Position numbers and translations under genes: made by a program. A stretch of 62,941 nt of DNA, filler included. It is 5 parts of 5 records of this genome, joined end to end, with 100 filler letters (N's around TTAATTAATTAA, not from the genome) between each part and the next. Parts side by side here need not be neighbours in the genome. Positions count along the whole stretch, not along the records: positions 1 to 27,620 come from SRR2962707_5212; positions 27,721 to 35,487 come from SRR2962707_5221; 3 more parts are not named here. One strand, written 5' to 3'. Every line of letters starts with the position of its first letter. Within the stretch, counting starts at the first letter, position 1. A model generated the notes under the pieces. It made no database searches. It was given only the letters and a program-made list of their open reading frames with translations, and was not told the origin of the DNA. Positions 19,520 through 29,218 of this stretch are shown here, one piece after another.

Positions 19520-22024
19520 GTGTTGATGAAGACTCTTTTTAGTTACTTTTCGCTCCTCCCAGTACTTCTGTATGCCCAACTACAAAGTCCAAATGATTTT
19601 TTAGGCTATGAACTTGGTGAGAAATTCACTCGTCATCATCAAGTGGTTGACTATTATACCTATATATCCGAGAACTCGGAAAAAGTAACCCTTATTCAAT
19701 ATGGAAAAACATACGAAGATCGTCCACTGATACTTGCATTTGTTTCTTCTGAGGAAAACCTTGCCAATCTTGAAAGCATTCGATTGGACAACTTAAGGAG
19801 GGCAGGAATTGAGGAGGGCACACCAACGACAAACATTCCGATTGTTTGGTTGAGCTACAATGTGCATGGAAATGAATCTTCTTCTACTGAAGCTTCCATG
19901 GCTACTATCCACGAGCTGATAAAGGAAGCTTCTGATAAAAGCGACTGGTTGGAAAGGGCTGTGGTGGTGATTGACCCTTGTATCAATCCAGACGGGAGAG
20001 ACAGGTACGTGAATTTTTTCTGGCAATATGGAAGTCAGCCGTATAATCCCGATCCGAATGCAATTGAGCATAATGAACCATGGCCAGGTGGTAGGCCTAA
20101 TCACTATCTGTTTGATCTGAATCGGGACTGGGCATGGCAGACACAAATAGAAACGAAAAGTCGAATTAAAGTCTACAATCAATGGCTGCCTCAAATTCAT
20201 GTGGATTTTCATGAGCAGGGTATTAATTCACCCTACTATTTTGCTCCGGCAGCTCAACCGTTTCATGAATTGATCACGCAATTTCAAAGAGATTTCCAGA
20301 CAGAAATAGGTCGAAATCATGCGAAGTACTTCGACGAAAACAACTGGTTCTATTTCACCAAGCAGTTTTTTGACCTACTATATCCGAGTTATGGTGATAC
20401 GTATCCTACCTACAATGGTGCCATTGGCATGACATATGAGCAAGCCGGACATGGAAGAGCTGGGTTGGGAATTATTAAGCAGGAAGGAGATACACTTACG
20501 CTAAAAGATCGGATCGCGCATCACTATACAACGGGGTTATCGACAATTGAAATCGCAGTTGATCATGCCGATCGACTACTGAGTAATTTCGGAAAATTCT
20601 TTGGTGACAACTCCAGTTTAAAGTACAAAACGTTTGTGCTGAAATACGATGGAAATGAAGATAAATTCAATGCCTTAAAATCATGGTTGGATGATCAGGG
20701 AATTGAATATGGCAAGGCTGGCGGAAGGATGAAGGGCTATGACTATCAAACAGGAAGAAACTCTGATTTCTCTATTTCCTCTAATGATCTTGTAATAAGT
20801 ACAAATCAACCGAAAGCAACACTCGCTCATATCTTGTTTGAGCCAAAGACCAAATTAGTTGATTCTGTAACTTATGATATCACCGCTTGGGGTGTTCCAT
20901 ACGCGTATGGAATTGAAGCTTACGCATCTACCCAAAGTATTGAAGTATCCTCTGCTTCAACGGATGCCAGCAGCGCAATGGAAGCACCAGAAAAAGCGTA
21001 TGCGTTTATCAGCAAATGGAATAGTATGGATGATGCACGGTTTCTAGCGGCATTACTTAAAGCCGATGTAAAGGTTCGGTTTACTCAGAAACCGATAAAT
21101 TATAAAGGGAAGTCATTTGATCGGGGAAGTTTGATAATCGCTAAACGCGATAACAAGCAAATCAGTGATTTTGAGGAGAAAATAGTTGAAATCGCTAACA
21201 TGTATGAAAGGCCAATTTCAGCGATTCAGACAGGTTTCATGGATGCAGGACCTGATATTGGCTCATCTGATGTAAGGTATTTGAAAAAGCCAAAAATTGC
21301 TTTGCTAGGTCATGAAGGCACTTCATCGTTGGCTTTTGGAGCCACCTGGCATTTCATGGAGCAGGAATTAGAATATCCTGTAACTATTCTTGGAACAGAT
21401 TATTTCAATCGAGTGGATCTATCAGATTATGATGTGTTGATCATGCAAAGTGGCTGGTATAGCAGCTTTGGTGAGAAGGAAATGAAGAAAATGATGGAGT
21501 GGGTTTCCAATGGTGGAAAGCTTATCGCAGTAGAGGGTGCACTGAATAAACTGAAAGATTCGGATTATTCATCCCTTTCAACTTATGTCGATGATGACGC
21601 GAAAAAGGAGGCGGAGAAAGACAAAGAAGAGCGCAAGGAAGAAATGCGATTTGTTTCATATGAAGATCAGGAAAGAGAGTTTATCAAGGGATTTGCGCCC
21701 GGAGCGATCTTTAAAGTGAAAATGGATAACACGCATCCGCTGGCTTTTGGGTATGGCAATACCTACTACACCTTGAAAACAGGCTCAAGCAAAGTGGCCT
21801 ATCTCGATGGAAATAATGTTGGAGTTGTGACAGATAAGGATGATCTGATGAGTGGTTTTGCTGGGCAATATGCTAAGGAAGACATGGCAGAGACATTAGT
21901 CTTTGGTGTGGAAAATAAGGGTAGAGGACAGATTGTTCACATTGTAGATAACCCACTTTTCCGTTCTTTCTGGCAAAATGGGAAGCTATTGATGGTTAAT
22001 GCAATGTTCTTTGTGGGTCAATAG
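19520..22024 (+). CDS. M14 family zinc carboxypeptidase-like protein with C-terminal glutamine-amidotransferase-like domain
   Basis: HGNE zinc motif, INPDGRDR, DLNRDW, DFHEQG; signal peptide. Confidence 0.88.
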   Translation: MLMKTLFSYFSLLPVLLYAQLQSPNDFLGYELGEKFTRHHQVVDYYTYISENSEKVTLIQYGKTYEDRPLILAFVSSEENLANLESIRLDNLRRAGIEEGTPTTNIPIVWLSYNVHGNESSSTEASMATIHELIKEASDKSDWLERAVVVIDPCINPDGRDRYVNFFWQYGSQPYNPDPNAIEHNEPWPGGRPNHYLFDLNRDWAWQTQIETKSRIKVYNQWLPQIHVDFHEQGINSPYYFAPAAQPFHELITQFQRDFQTEIGRNHAKYFDENNWFYFTKQFFDLLYPSYGDTYPTYNGAIGMTYEQAGHGRAGLGIIKQEGDTLTLKDRIAHHYTTGLSTIEIAVDHADRLLSNFGKFFGDNSSLKYKTFVLKYDGNEDKFNALKSWLDDQGIEYGKAGGRMKGYDYQTGRNSDFSISSNDLVISTNQPKATLAHILFEPKTKLVDSVTYDITAWGVPYAYGIEAYASTQSIEVSSASTDASSAMEAPEKAYAFISKWNSMDDARFLAALLKADVKVRFTQKPINYKGKSFDRGSLIIAKRDNKQISDFEEKIVEIANMYERPISAIQTGFMDAGPDIGSSDVRYLKKPKIALLGHEGTSSLAFGATWHFMEQELEYPVTILGTDYFNRVDLSDYDVLIMQSGWYSSFGEKEMKKMMEWVSNGGKLIAVEGALNKLKDSDYSSLSTYVDDDAKKEAEKDKEERKEEMRFVSYEDQEREFIKGFAPGAIFKVKMDNTHPLAFGYGNTYYTLKTGSSKVAYLDGNNVGVVTDKDDLMSGFAGQYAKEDMAETLVFGVENKGRGQIVHIVDNPLFRSFWQNGKLLMVNAMFFVGQ

Positions 22025-22036
22025 GGAACAAGTTTT

Positions 22037-22082
22037 TAGTAGAAAGTCTGACGAGATTTGTTTGCTTTGAGATTTTCTACTA
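22037..22082. terminator. Possible hairpin between convergent genes
   Basis: TAGTAGAAAGTCT (22037-22049) and AGATTTTCTACTA (22070-22082) form a 13-bp inverted repeat with one G-U pair and a 20-nt loop. Confidence 0.35.
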
Positions 22083-22241
22083 GTTACCCTTATCTTTTAG
22101 TCTTCCATTCTCTTTTAACGCTTTATGAATGATCCATTCAATCTGTCCATTGGTGGAGCGGAATTCATCTGCTGCCCACTTTTCGAGAGCCTTCATGGTA
22201 TCTTCATTTAATCGAAGTGCGAATGGTTTTTTCTTAGCCAT
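22080..22241 (-). CDS. Arc-family ribbon-helix-helix DNA-binding protein (53 aa; not in ORF track)
   Basis: Hand translation MAKKKPFALRLNEDTMKALEKWAADEFRSTNGQIEWIIHKALKENGRLKDKGN; F-x-L-R strand followed by the RS.N.QI helix motif; overlaps the upstream gene stop. Confidence 0.88.
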   Translation of the reverse strand: MAKKKPFALRLNEDTMKALEKWAADEFRSTNGQIEWIIHKALKENGRLKDKGN

Positions 22242-22743
22242 CTAGTCCCCAGTTTTCTTTCAATCGCCTCACTGCCTGCTTCATAGCTTCTGGTTTTTGG
22301 GTGCCAATCAACAACTGCTTTCCATCGGATAAAATCAATTGTAAACCCTGATTCCCTGCTATATTCATCGCTCGTCCTTTTCCCGGTCGAATTCGATATC
22401 CCCATCCTCCATACTCCCATATCGGTTGATATTTTCGTACATAGGCTTCTTTTATGTCTGCTTGCGTTAGTTTTTTTTCACTATTGACAAACGGTGGGTA
22501 TCGATAATAGATGGCTTTATCATCAATGGTGACATATAATTTGGAATAAACGAAAAGTATGATTACCCCGAAACAAACCACCACAGCGATTACAACGCCA
22601 ATGATGCCTTCATTCGTCTCTTTTTCGAGCCATATGGGAATTGCAGCGCCAAGGGTGGCAAGCACACATACGCCTATGACAAGGTAAAACAACCAGGTGC
22701 CAACAAAGCTTTGCTCTTCTTTAAATATGATTTTTCCCTTCAT
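22234..22743 (-). CDS. Two-TM membrane protein with bacterial PH-like C-terminal domain (DUF6141-like)
   Basis: Two hydrophobic helices followed by Y.PIWEYGGWGYR...GN.GLQL...G..LLIGTQKP. Confidence 0.75.
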   Translation of the reverse strand: MKGKIIFKEEQSFVGTWLFYLVIGVCVLATLGAAIPIWLEKETNEGIIGVVIAVVVCFGVIILFVYSKLYVTIDDKAIYYRYPPFVNSEKKLTQADIKEAYVRKYQPIWEYGGWGYRIRPGKGRAMNIAGNQGLQLILSDGKQLLIGTQKPEAMKQAVRRLKENWGLDG

Positions 22744-22754
22744 TGATTAATGAT

Positions 22755-22907
22755 TTACCTGTCCCTCTCCAGCATCACGATCAAAGAACCATGATCAGAT
22801 GCAAAACTGTTGATCTTCCATCCCTGACTCACAGTCTCTTGGAGTCTTTTCTCAAATCGTTCCACTTTTTCAAATGCTTTCTGTTTTAAGAATTTATAGT
22901 TGTTCAT
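22755..22907 (-). CDS. Small protein, DUF4177-like (50 aa; not in ORF track)
   Basis: Hand translation MNNYKFLKQKAFEKVERFEKRLQETVSQGWKINSFASDHGSLIVMLERDR; starts 3 nt after the SPFH stop and fills the gap in the operon. Confidence 0.7.
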   Translation of the reverse strand: MNNYKFLKQKAFEKVERFEKRLQETVSQGWKINSFASDHGSLIVMLERDR

Positions 22908-22910
22908 GGT

Positions 22911-23768
22911 TTAATGATTTAAAGTTCCTGAATTGACAACCGGGGCTACATCCTTGTCAGCACAAAGCACAACCATGAGATTGCTCACCATCGCTGCTCG
23001 TTTTTCCTCATCCAGCTCTACTACTTGTTTTTCGTTAAGCTGATCCAGCGCCATTTCCACCATACTTACTGCACCTTCAACAATCTTATGACGGGCAGCT
23101 ACAATAGCGGTCGCCTGCTGCCTTCTAAGCATTGCACTTGCGATTTCCTGTGCATAGGCCAGATATCCAATTCGTGCCTCTAGAATTTCTATTCCTGCTA
23201 TAGCCAATCTTTCATCTAGCTCTTTCTCCAAATCTTCATTCACTTCCTTAATACCCGAGCGCAATGTCACCTCTGCCTGCTCATCGTCAAAATTATCGTA
23301 AGGATAGGTTCCGGCAAGTTTTCGTACAGCAGCATCTGTCTGCACACGAACGAAGTTTTCATAGTCATCTACTTCAAAGGCTGCAGCAAAAGTGTCTTTT
23401 ACACGCCACACCAGAATCACGGAGATCATAATCGGGTTTCCGATGCTGTCATTCACTTTGATACGTTCACTGTCAAAGTTTCGGGCACGTAAACTGATTT
23501 TCTTTTTGGCATAAAAAGGATTGACCCAATAGAAGCCGTTTTTACGTACTGTTCCAATGTATTTTCCAAATAGAACTAGAACCCGGGATCCGTTAGGGTT
23601 GACATAGAAAAAACCGGGGATCATTAAAATCCATGGAATCAATAGTAAGAGCCATATTGGCTGCCGAGTGACACTAACAAGTGTTATAAAACCACCTAAA
23701 ATCAGGAAGTTAATAAATAAACCCAGATATCCGGATGAGGGTGTATGCGTTTTTTCTTGCGTTTGCAT
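22911..23768 (-). CDS. SPFH (band 7/stomatin/flotillin) domain membrane protein
   Basis: Two N-terminal TMs, LFGKYIGT, KVND..GNPI, LAYAQEIASAMLRRQQA, MVSNLMVVLC. Confidence 0.92.
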   Translation of the reverse strand: MQTQEKTHTPSSGYLGLFINFLILGGFITLVSVTRQPIWLLLLIPWILMIPGFFYVNPNGSRVLVLFGKYIGTVRKNGFYWVNPFYAKKKISLRARNFDSERIKVNDSIGNPIMISVILVWRVKDTFAAAFEVDDYENFVRVQTDAAVRKLAGTYPYDNFDDEQAEVTLRSGIKEVNEDLEKELDERLAIAGIEILEARIGYLAYAQEIASAMLRRQQATAIVAARHKIVEGAVSMVEMALDQLNEKQVVELDEEKRAAMVSNLMVVLCADKDVAPVVNSGTLNH

Positions 23769-23779
23769 AGTTGTAGAGT

Positions 23780-24715
23780 TTAAAGTTTTTGAATGAATTT
23801 GATCATACCTGACATTAGGCCATCGCTAAGAGGCAAGTCAGGGTTATTGTATGTTGCTACGTTTGCTGCAGGGTCTTCTGGTGCATCTTTAAGGACATGA
23901 TTCATGCCTTCAATGATTACAAGCTCAGCATTGGGATATGCATTTTTTAAATTCTCAGCCTGATCTACTCCAATTTGAATGTCCGTTGTTCCGTTTATGA
24001 TTAGTATCGGAACTTCAAGCTTTTTGATTTCCTCAGAAGGAGTGTAAGCGATATATGATTTAAGAAATGGTTGTATCGATGGACCAAATAATGAAATTAG
24101 ATAGGGATTATACTTTTTGACTGCATATCCGGCTTTCATGGAATCAATGTTTATCCTAGCGTCTTCAGCCAATACCGGCGATTGAGCACCAAGTTGACGG
24201 ACAATCGCTTCTCCTGAGTCTTCGGCTAATCCTGCAATTGAAATGAATCCAACTACATTAGCATTTTCCTGAGCAGCCATCATACCCACCAACGAGCCCT
24301 GGCTATGTCCGGCTACCACCAGGTTTTCATACCCTTCTTCAATCAAAAAATTCAACCAGTTTTTCGCATCTTCAATGAAATGTTCAAACCGCAGGTTAGC
24401 TTGGTTGGTTACTGCATTTTTGCTTCCCGCAATGCCTCGTTTATCATACCTCAATACTGCATAACCGCTGGTAGAGAGCTCCTGGGCCACCATTTTCAAT
24501 GAATTGTTGTTAAATCCCAAAGCATTATTTCCATCTCGATCAGTAGGACCAGAACCTGCAATTAGAAGGACTGCTGTTTTCGTTTTACTGACTGGTTCAG
24601 TCAGTGTTCCATATAAATCACCGATTGATACCTCTCTTTCGGAAAAGCCCTGAGCAAAAGTGAGGCTGCATAAAAGAACCAGTGTTTGTGTTAGAATTGA
24701 TTTCAGGATTGTCAT
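23780..24715 (-). CDS. Secreted alpha/beta hydrolase
   Basis: Signal peptide from ATG 24715, GSGPTDRDGN, nucleophile GHSQG, GTTD and MNHVLK triad motifs. Confidence 0.88.
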   Translation of the reverse strand: MTILKSILTQTLVLLCSLTFAQGFSEREVSIGDLYGTLTEPVSKTKTAVLLIAGSGPTDRDGNNALGFNNNSLKMVAQELSTSGYAVLRYDKRGIAGSKNAVTNQANLRFEHFIEDAKNWLNFLIEEGYENLVVAGHSQGSLVGMMAAQENANVVGFISIAGLAEDSGEAIVRQLGAQSPVLAEDARINIDSMKAGYAVKKYNPYLISLFGPSIQPFLKSYIAYTPSEEIKKLEVPILIINGTTDIQIGVDQAENLKNAYPNAELVIIEGMNHVLKDAPEDPAANVATYNNPDLPLSDGLMSGMIKFIQKL

Positions 24716-24720
24716 AATAT

Positions 24721-24741
24721 ATGATATTAAAATGATATCAT
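24721..24741. promoter_or_regulatory. Candidate operator: tandem ATGATAT(T/C)A repeats containing palindrome ATGATATCAT
   Basis: ATGATATTAAAATGATATCAT lies directly upstream of the hydrolase-SPFH-Arc operon; 11-bp period. Confidence 0.5.
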
Positions 24742-24801
24742 AGTAATATACGATGAAAAATTCAAAATGGTTATGAATCAATTATTTCATTCTTTTGCCT
24801 A

Positions 24802-25290
24802 ATGGAAAATCAGCATCTAAAGTGGAAGGACTATCATCATCAGCTTTATCAAATCTATCATGGTTTGATAGCGCTCACATTAGTTCCTTTTGCATTGCTC
24901 TTTCTGGAATGGGATTCCGGAAACTTTCAGCTTGAAGTTTCGTTTTCAGATGTTTTTTTCATTCTGGTGGCTCAGCTTATCTGGGTGGTTGGGTTTGCTT
25001 GCTGGTATGTGGGAAAAGGGGAGAAGGTTCAGTATGAAATAAAGGAAGGGATGACCCTGGAGGAAAAATTAAAAGAGTTTAAGAAGAAGAATGTGTATAA
25101 ATACCTTCTACTTGCATTTGCGGGTTGTATTGCTGCTTTTGCTATGTGGATGCAACCAACTTACATTTTTGTAATTGCATATTTTGTTGTTTTGGTTCAG
25201 TATTCTTTGTTAAGGCCTTCGGAGGATAAAGTCGTCAGGGATATGCAACTGACGAAAGAAGAGAGGAGAAGGCTTCATCAGGAGGAATAA
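24802..25290 (+). CDS. Hypothetical four-TM membrane protein
   Basis: 162-aa ORF with four hydrophobic segments, followed by a terminator. Confidence 0.7.
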   Translation: MENQHLKWKDYHHQLYQIYHGLIALTLVPFALLFLEWDSGNFQLEVSFSDVFFILVAQLIWVVGFACWYVGKGEKVQYEIKEGMTLEEKLKEFKKKNVYKYLLLAFAGCIAAFAMWMQPTYIFVIAYFVVLVQYSLLRPSEDKVVRDMQLTKEERRRLHQEE

Positions 25291-25319
25291 AAAAAGCACC
25301 ACTGATATAGCGGTGCTTT
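25289..25319. terminator. Rho-independent terminator (likely bidirectional)
   Basis: AAAGCACC-actgatatagc-GGTGCTTT hairpin flanked by an A-run, which is the U-tract for the minus strand; sits between convergent genes. Confidence 0.75.
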
Positions 25320-25338
25320 AGCGTTGATTCTTAATGTT

Positions 25339-26481
25339 TTATAATGTAATTCCGAAGGTGATTGCATTAAGTGCTGCACTCTCTCCATCGCCATTAAGTG
25401 GACCTCTTCCAGAGGAGAATACTTCATTTAAATCGTAGGTAGCGAATAGTTCTACACCTTTCCATCCTACTTGTGCACGCAATCCATATCGGAAGTTTTC
25501 AAGGAAGAAATTGTCACGTTCTTTATCTTTTTCCTTACTACCATCTTCCTTGAATTTGAATTTGGTATGACTTCCTATTCTGTAACCGGCATAGCCCCCC
25601 ACTCCAAATCGGAATCCTTTTCTAGAGTATTTTTTTATTTTCAAACCACCTGATTCAATGCTGGTGATTTTTTGTCTGCCCCTGGAAAAGTCAAACATGG
25701 GTACCACAGTGGCATTGATATACGAGGCTGTTAGTTTACTTTTCTGACCACTTATTTCGGGTGGAGTTGCATTAAACTCAACCCTATCAGCACCTTCCTG
25801 AATGATATAATCAGCGTCTTCCAGCTTCCAGTTGTACCAGCTGATACCCATGCCCCATTCAAGGAAAAGTGGACCACCAACCCAGGTTCTGTTTACACTA
25901 TTAAGTCCAACATACCATGAACCGAAAGGCTTAACTGAGTAAGGAGCGTTGTTTGCATCAGGGAAATTCCCATCTTCCAACCAATTGTTCATACCCAGAT
26001 CTATATTAAAATGATGTGTAGTGCGATCTGCTCGCTCAGCCTCGTAAGTTACTTTTTTGCGCTCACTCCAGTCATCTTCATCCCAGTCGTCCATTTCGTC
26101 AGGATCAACATCTACTTCCACTCCTCCCAGCTTTATTCTTACCTCATCCTCATTGATTTTCCAGTCTTTCATTTCGATCTCATCGTCCTCATTCACATAG
26201 GCTTTTCCTTCGCTTATTTCCATGTACTCTACACTATCAGATAATTGAGCATTGAGATCTTTGATCATCTGGTTGATGTCGTAGTTTTCAAGCGTTGCAA
26301 GATCTGCGCGGCTCTTTGTTACGATTACAATCTTACTGTTGTTATTTAGTTCGATGATTACGGTATCCTGTTTTGGATCTTTAGTGTCACCTTTGAATGC
26401 CATTGCCGGAGCAATTGTCAGACAAAGCAGCAGTGTGAAAAATGATTTCATCTGTGTATTTATTTTCAGTTGATTTTTCAT
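25339..26481 (-). CDS. Outer-membrane beta-barrel protein (PorT/OMP_b-brl-like) with acidic N-terminal extension
   Basis: Signal peptide (start may be MKSFF), alternating beta strands (FGVGGYAGYR, YGLRAQVGW), terminal ITFGITL. Confidence 0.75.
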   Translation of the reverse strand: MKNQLKINTQMKSFFTLLLCLTIAPAMAFKGDTKDPKQDTVIIELNNNSKIVIVTKSRADLATLENYDINQMIKDLNAQLSDSVEYMEISEGKAYVNEDDEIEMKDWKINEDEVRIKLGGVEVDVDPDEMDDWDEDDWSERKKVTYEAERADRTTHHFNIDLGMNNWLEDGNFPDANNAPYSVKPFGSWYVGLNSVNRTWVGGPLFLEWGMGISWYNWKLEDADYIIQEGADRVEFNATPPEISGQKSKLTASYINATVVPMFDFSRGRQKITSIESGGLKIKKYSRKGFRFGVGGYAGYRIGSHTKFKFKEDGSKEKDKERDNFFLENFRYGLRAQVGWKGVELFATYDLNEVFSSGRGPLNGDGESAALNAITFGITL

Positions 26482-26493
26482 GTCCTTGTTTTT

Positions 26494-27198
26494 TTATAAT
26501 GAGCTTCGTTCCTTTTTCTTTAATCCGCCATTTAGCAGATTGTCCTTTGCGGTTTTAATGTCCGCCAACATATCTCCCGGGTCTATTTTTTCCGCAAAAG
26601 CGATGAATTTCTTCAACACTCCAGTGGAATCAGATTTTTGGATATCTTCTTTTGTCTCGCTTCCTGAAGCAGAAGCGATATAAGTGATTTTGATTGCCTT
26701 GTATTCAGTTCTGTTTGGCTCCTCTATGGCACCTTCCAGTGTTTCAGGTGCATCAATCTCTGCACTTGCTACCATGGTTTTAGCTTCTGCTTCGATCACC
26801 GGCATTTGTTCTTCCACTTTTTCCATTTTTGGTGCTTCCTGCTTGTTCGACGCAAATTGCGTTTGCAGAGGTCTTTTTCTTACTGGTATTGTCCGGTCTT
26901 CTTTCGGTTTTTCATCATCTTTTTTATCAATTGCAGGCATAACAAACTCAGGCATGTCTACTTGAGTAGGAGCGTTTACTTCTGAGGCAATTTGTGTGAA
27001 TTGCTGCTCAGTAGTGACTTCCGGCCATAAGATCCAGGAAATGAGTAAGAGGGAAACAGATGCGGCCACCCAGTAAATCATGGGTGTTTTATTCGGTCGA
27101 ATTTGTTTTTCGACCTTCGACCAGGCATTAGCGGAGGGTTTTACCTCCATCTGACCTAGCTTTTCCCTAAATAACCGATCAATGTTTTGTTGATCCAT
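26494..27198 (-). CDS. Putative anti-sigma factor-like single-pass membrane protein
   Basis: N-terminal DRLFREKL...PSANAWSKV followed by one TM (WVAASVSLLLISWILW); overlaps the ECF sigma gene end. Confidence 0.65.
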   Translation of the reverse strand: MDQQNIDRLFREKLGQMEVKPSANAWSKVEKQIRPNKTPMIYWVAASVSLLLISWILWPEVTTEQQFTQIASEVNAPTQVDMPEFVMPAIDKKDDEKPKEDRTIPVRKRPLQTQFASNKQEAPKMEKVEEQMPVIEAEAKTMVASAEIDAPETLEGAIEEPNRTEYKAIKITYIASASGSETKEDIQKSDSTGVLKKFIAFAEKIDPGDMLADIKTAKDNLLNGGLKKKERSSL

Positions 27199-27620
27199 TT
27201 GTAATATTATTTTCAAGTTCTTTTTCCATATCAGCCAGCTTGGTTTGCAACCACTTTCTGGCTCTGCTTAGCTGAGATTTTGAAGTGTTTTCATTGATTT
27301 CCAGTTGCTCCGCAACCTCAGCATGACTATATCCCTCTATCGCGTAGAGGTTAAAAACGGTCCTGTATCCAACAGGCAGTTCACCTATCAGTTTTAAAAG
27401 ATCTTCCTGATTGAGCGTATCTTCCATCACGCTTAAATCAGGGTGGCTAGAGGCTGACTCAATATCCGTCTCTAAGGACATATTCCTGTTTTTTCGGATA
27501 TACATCAGGCAATCATTCACGATGATTCTTCTCACCCATCCTTCAAAACTTCCTTCGCTTTTAAACTGATCCAGTTTTTCAAATACTTTTACAATGCCTC
27601 CGATCATCACATGCTCTGCT
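27179..27620 (-). CDS. ECF sigma-70 factor, 5'-truncated at the contig end
   Basis: GSFEGWVRRIIVN region 2; LPVGYRTVFNLYAIEGYSHAEVAEQL...TSKSQLSRAR region 4. Confidence 0.92.
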
Positions 27621-27720
27621 NNNNNNNNNNNNNNNNNNNNNNNNNNNNNNNNNNNNNNNNNNNNTTAATTAATTAANNNNNNNNNNNNNNNNNNNNNNNN
27701 NNNNNNNNNNNNNNNNNNNN
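27621..27720. other. Artificial contig spacer
   Basis: N run with central TTAATTAATTAA (stops in all six frames) at 27665-27676. Confidence 0.98.
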
Positions 27721-27727
27721 TCAGAAC

Positions 27728-29218
27728 ATGGGAACAGCCAATTGGTATCTTGCCAAGATCTGGATGAATGTTCAAAGCGCTGATAAGGCCAGGGAATACT
27801 ACCTTAAAGCCATTGAGAATTTTGAAGATGCAGATAATGACAGAGGGAAGTTGCGTGTCCTCAATGAGGTTGGTGTTTCCTATGCCGTTCAAGGAGACTG
27901 GGATACATCGCTAAAGTACTACTTGGAGACAATGGACCTTATTGATGAAAGCGGCAATTCAGAGGACCAGTTTCGAATCTTATTGAACATATCAGCTGTC
28001 TTCAAAGAAATGAGGGATTATGAAAGAGCACTGGCTTATAATAAAAAAGTTTTTGCACTATCCGATACACTAAGCAACCGCGATTTGATCATTGATGCGC
28101 TCTCACAACGAGCGATATTGCATGCTACCATTGGTCAGGGTGACAGCTCTGAATATCTCATTGAAAAAGCAATAGAATGGTCAGTGAAGTTCAACCGAAA
28201 AGCATATGTTCATAAAACCCTGGCCAATTACTACACAACCATTGGTGATGATTTAAATGCTATCAAGTATTTAAGGTCAGTTTTATACAACAATTATTCT
28301 CCCATCAACAGAGATAACAATCTCATCAACTTGTCTAATCACTACAAAAACATTGAAAAATACGACAGTGCACTTTTCTTTATCAAGCAGGCATATCAAT
28401 ACTCTATTCAAAATCGGCTGAAGCGTTCCGTTTTTAAAACTTCGAAAGAACTATCCGAATACTTCTATTTACATGAGGATTATAAAAATGCATATCTATA
28501 CTCAAACCAAGCCTTGATTTATCGCGATTCTGTTCTAAACGAGGATAATAAAAGTGAAATCTCCAACCTGACCATTCGATTAGAAACGCGCGAAAAAATC
28601 AATGAAATTGAGAAACTGAAACTGAAAGCCGAACTCGCAAAGTCAGAAAGTCGATTCATGACGATTACGGCAATAATGCTTTCAGCGATTCTTGTGTTAT
28701 TCATTTTCTATTTCAAATCGAAAATGAAACTCCAACATATCCAGGCAAGGAGCATGAAGTTAGAATTGGATTCGAATAAAAGATCACTTCAGACGCAAGC
28801 TATGTCGATGATAAGACTCAATAATAATCTGGATGAGATAAAGGCAAGTCTCAAAAGCATCAAACCGAAGCTAAAGGAGAATGCTTCTGAGATTCAGAAA
28901 ATCATCAATACAATTAATGTTAATAAGGGATTGGAAAAAGAATGGGAAGGCTTCAACCAGTCTTTCGAGCAGATCCATACCTCATTTTATGATCAACTAA
29001 AGCAGACTTTTCCGCAGTTGACAGTAAATGAGATGAGAATGTGTGCGTTAGTTAAAATGAACATGACTAACTCAGAAATTTCATCGCTTCTCAATATTGA
29101 ATCCAGTAGCGTACGAATGTCCAAATACCGGCTTAAAAAGAAGCTGAACCTGAAAGATTCAGATGATCTCAGTAAGTTTATCAGCAACTTCAGTGAGAAA
29201 AAGGGACAGGATAATTGA
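27728..29218 (+). CDS. TPR-repeat, single-TM, C-terminal LuxR-like HTH regulator (5'-truncated)
   Basis: TPRs (LNEVGVSYAVQGDWDTSLKYY), TM helix, C-terminal FEQIH..FY..L...FP.LT.NE.R.CAL...EIS.LLNI...SVRMSKYRLKKKL. Confidence 0.88.
   Translation: MGTANWYLAKIWMNVQSADKAREYYLKAIENFEDADNDRGKLRVLNEVGVSYAVQGDWDTSLKYYLETMDLIDESGNSEDQFRILLNISAVFKEMRDYERALAYNKKVFALSDTLSNRDLIIDALSQRAILHATIGQGDSSEYLIEKAIEWSVKFNRKAYVHKTLANYYTTIGDDLNAIKYLRSVLYNNYSPINRDNNLINLSNHYKNIEKYDSALFFIKQAYQYSIQNRLKRSVFKTSKELSEYFYLHEDYKNAYLYSNQALIYRDSVLNEDNKSEISNLTIRLETREKINEIEKLKLKAELAKSESRFMTITAIMLSAILVLFIFYFKSKMKLQHIQARSMKLELDSNKRSLQTQAMSMIRLNNNLDEIKASLKSIKPKLKENASEIQKIINTINVNKGLEKEWEGFNQSFEQIHTSFYDQLKQTFPQLTVNEMRMCALVKMNMTNSEISSLLNIESSSVRMSKYRLKKKLNLKDSDDLSKFISNFSEKKGQDN

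Noticed and set aside
22208-22420. 70-aa ORF overlapping the DUF6141-like gene
   Set aside because: Alternative-frame shadow; the coherent genes are 22234-22743 and the Arc gene 22080-22241
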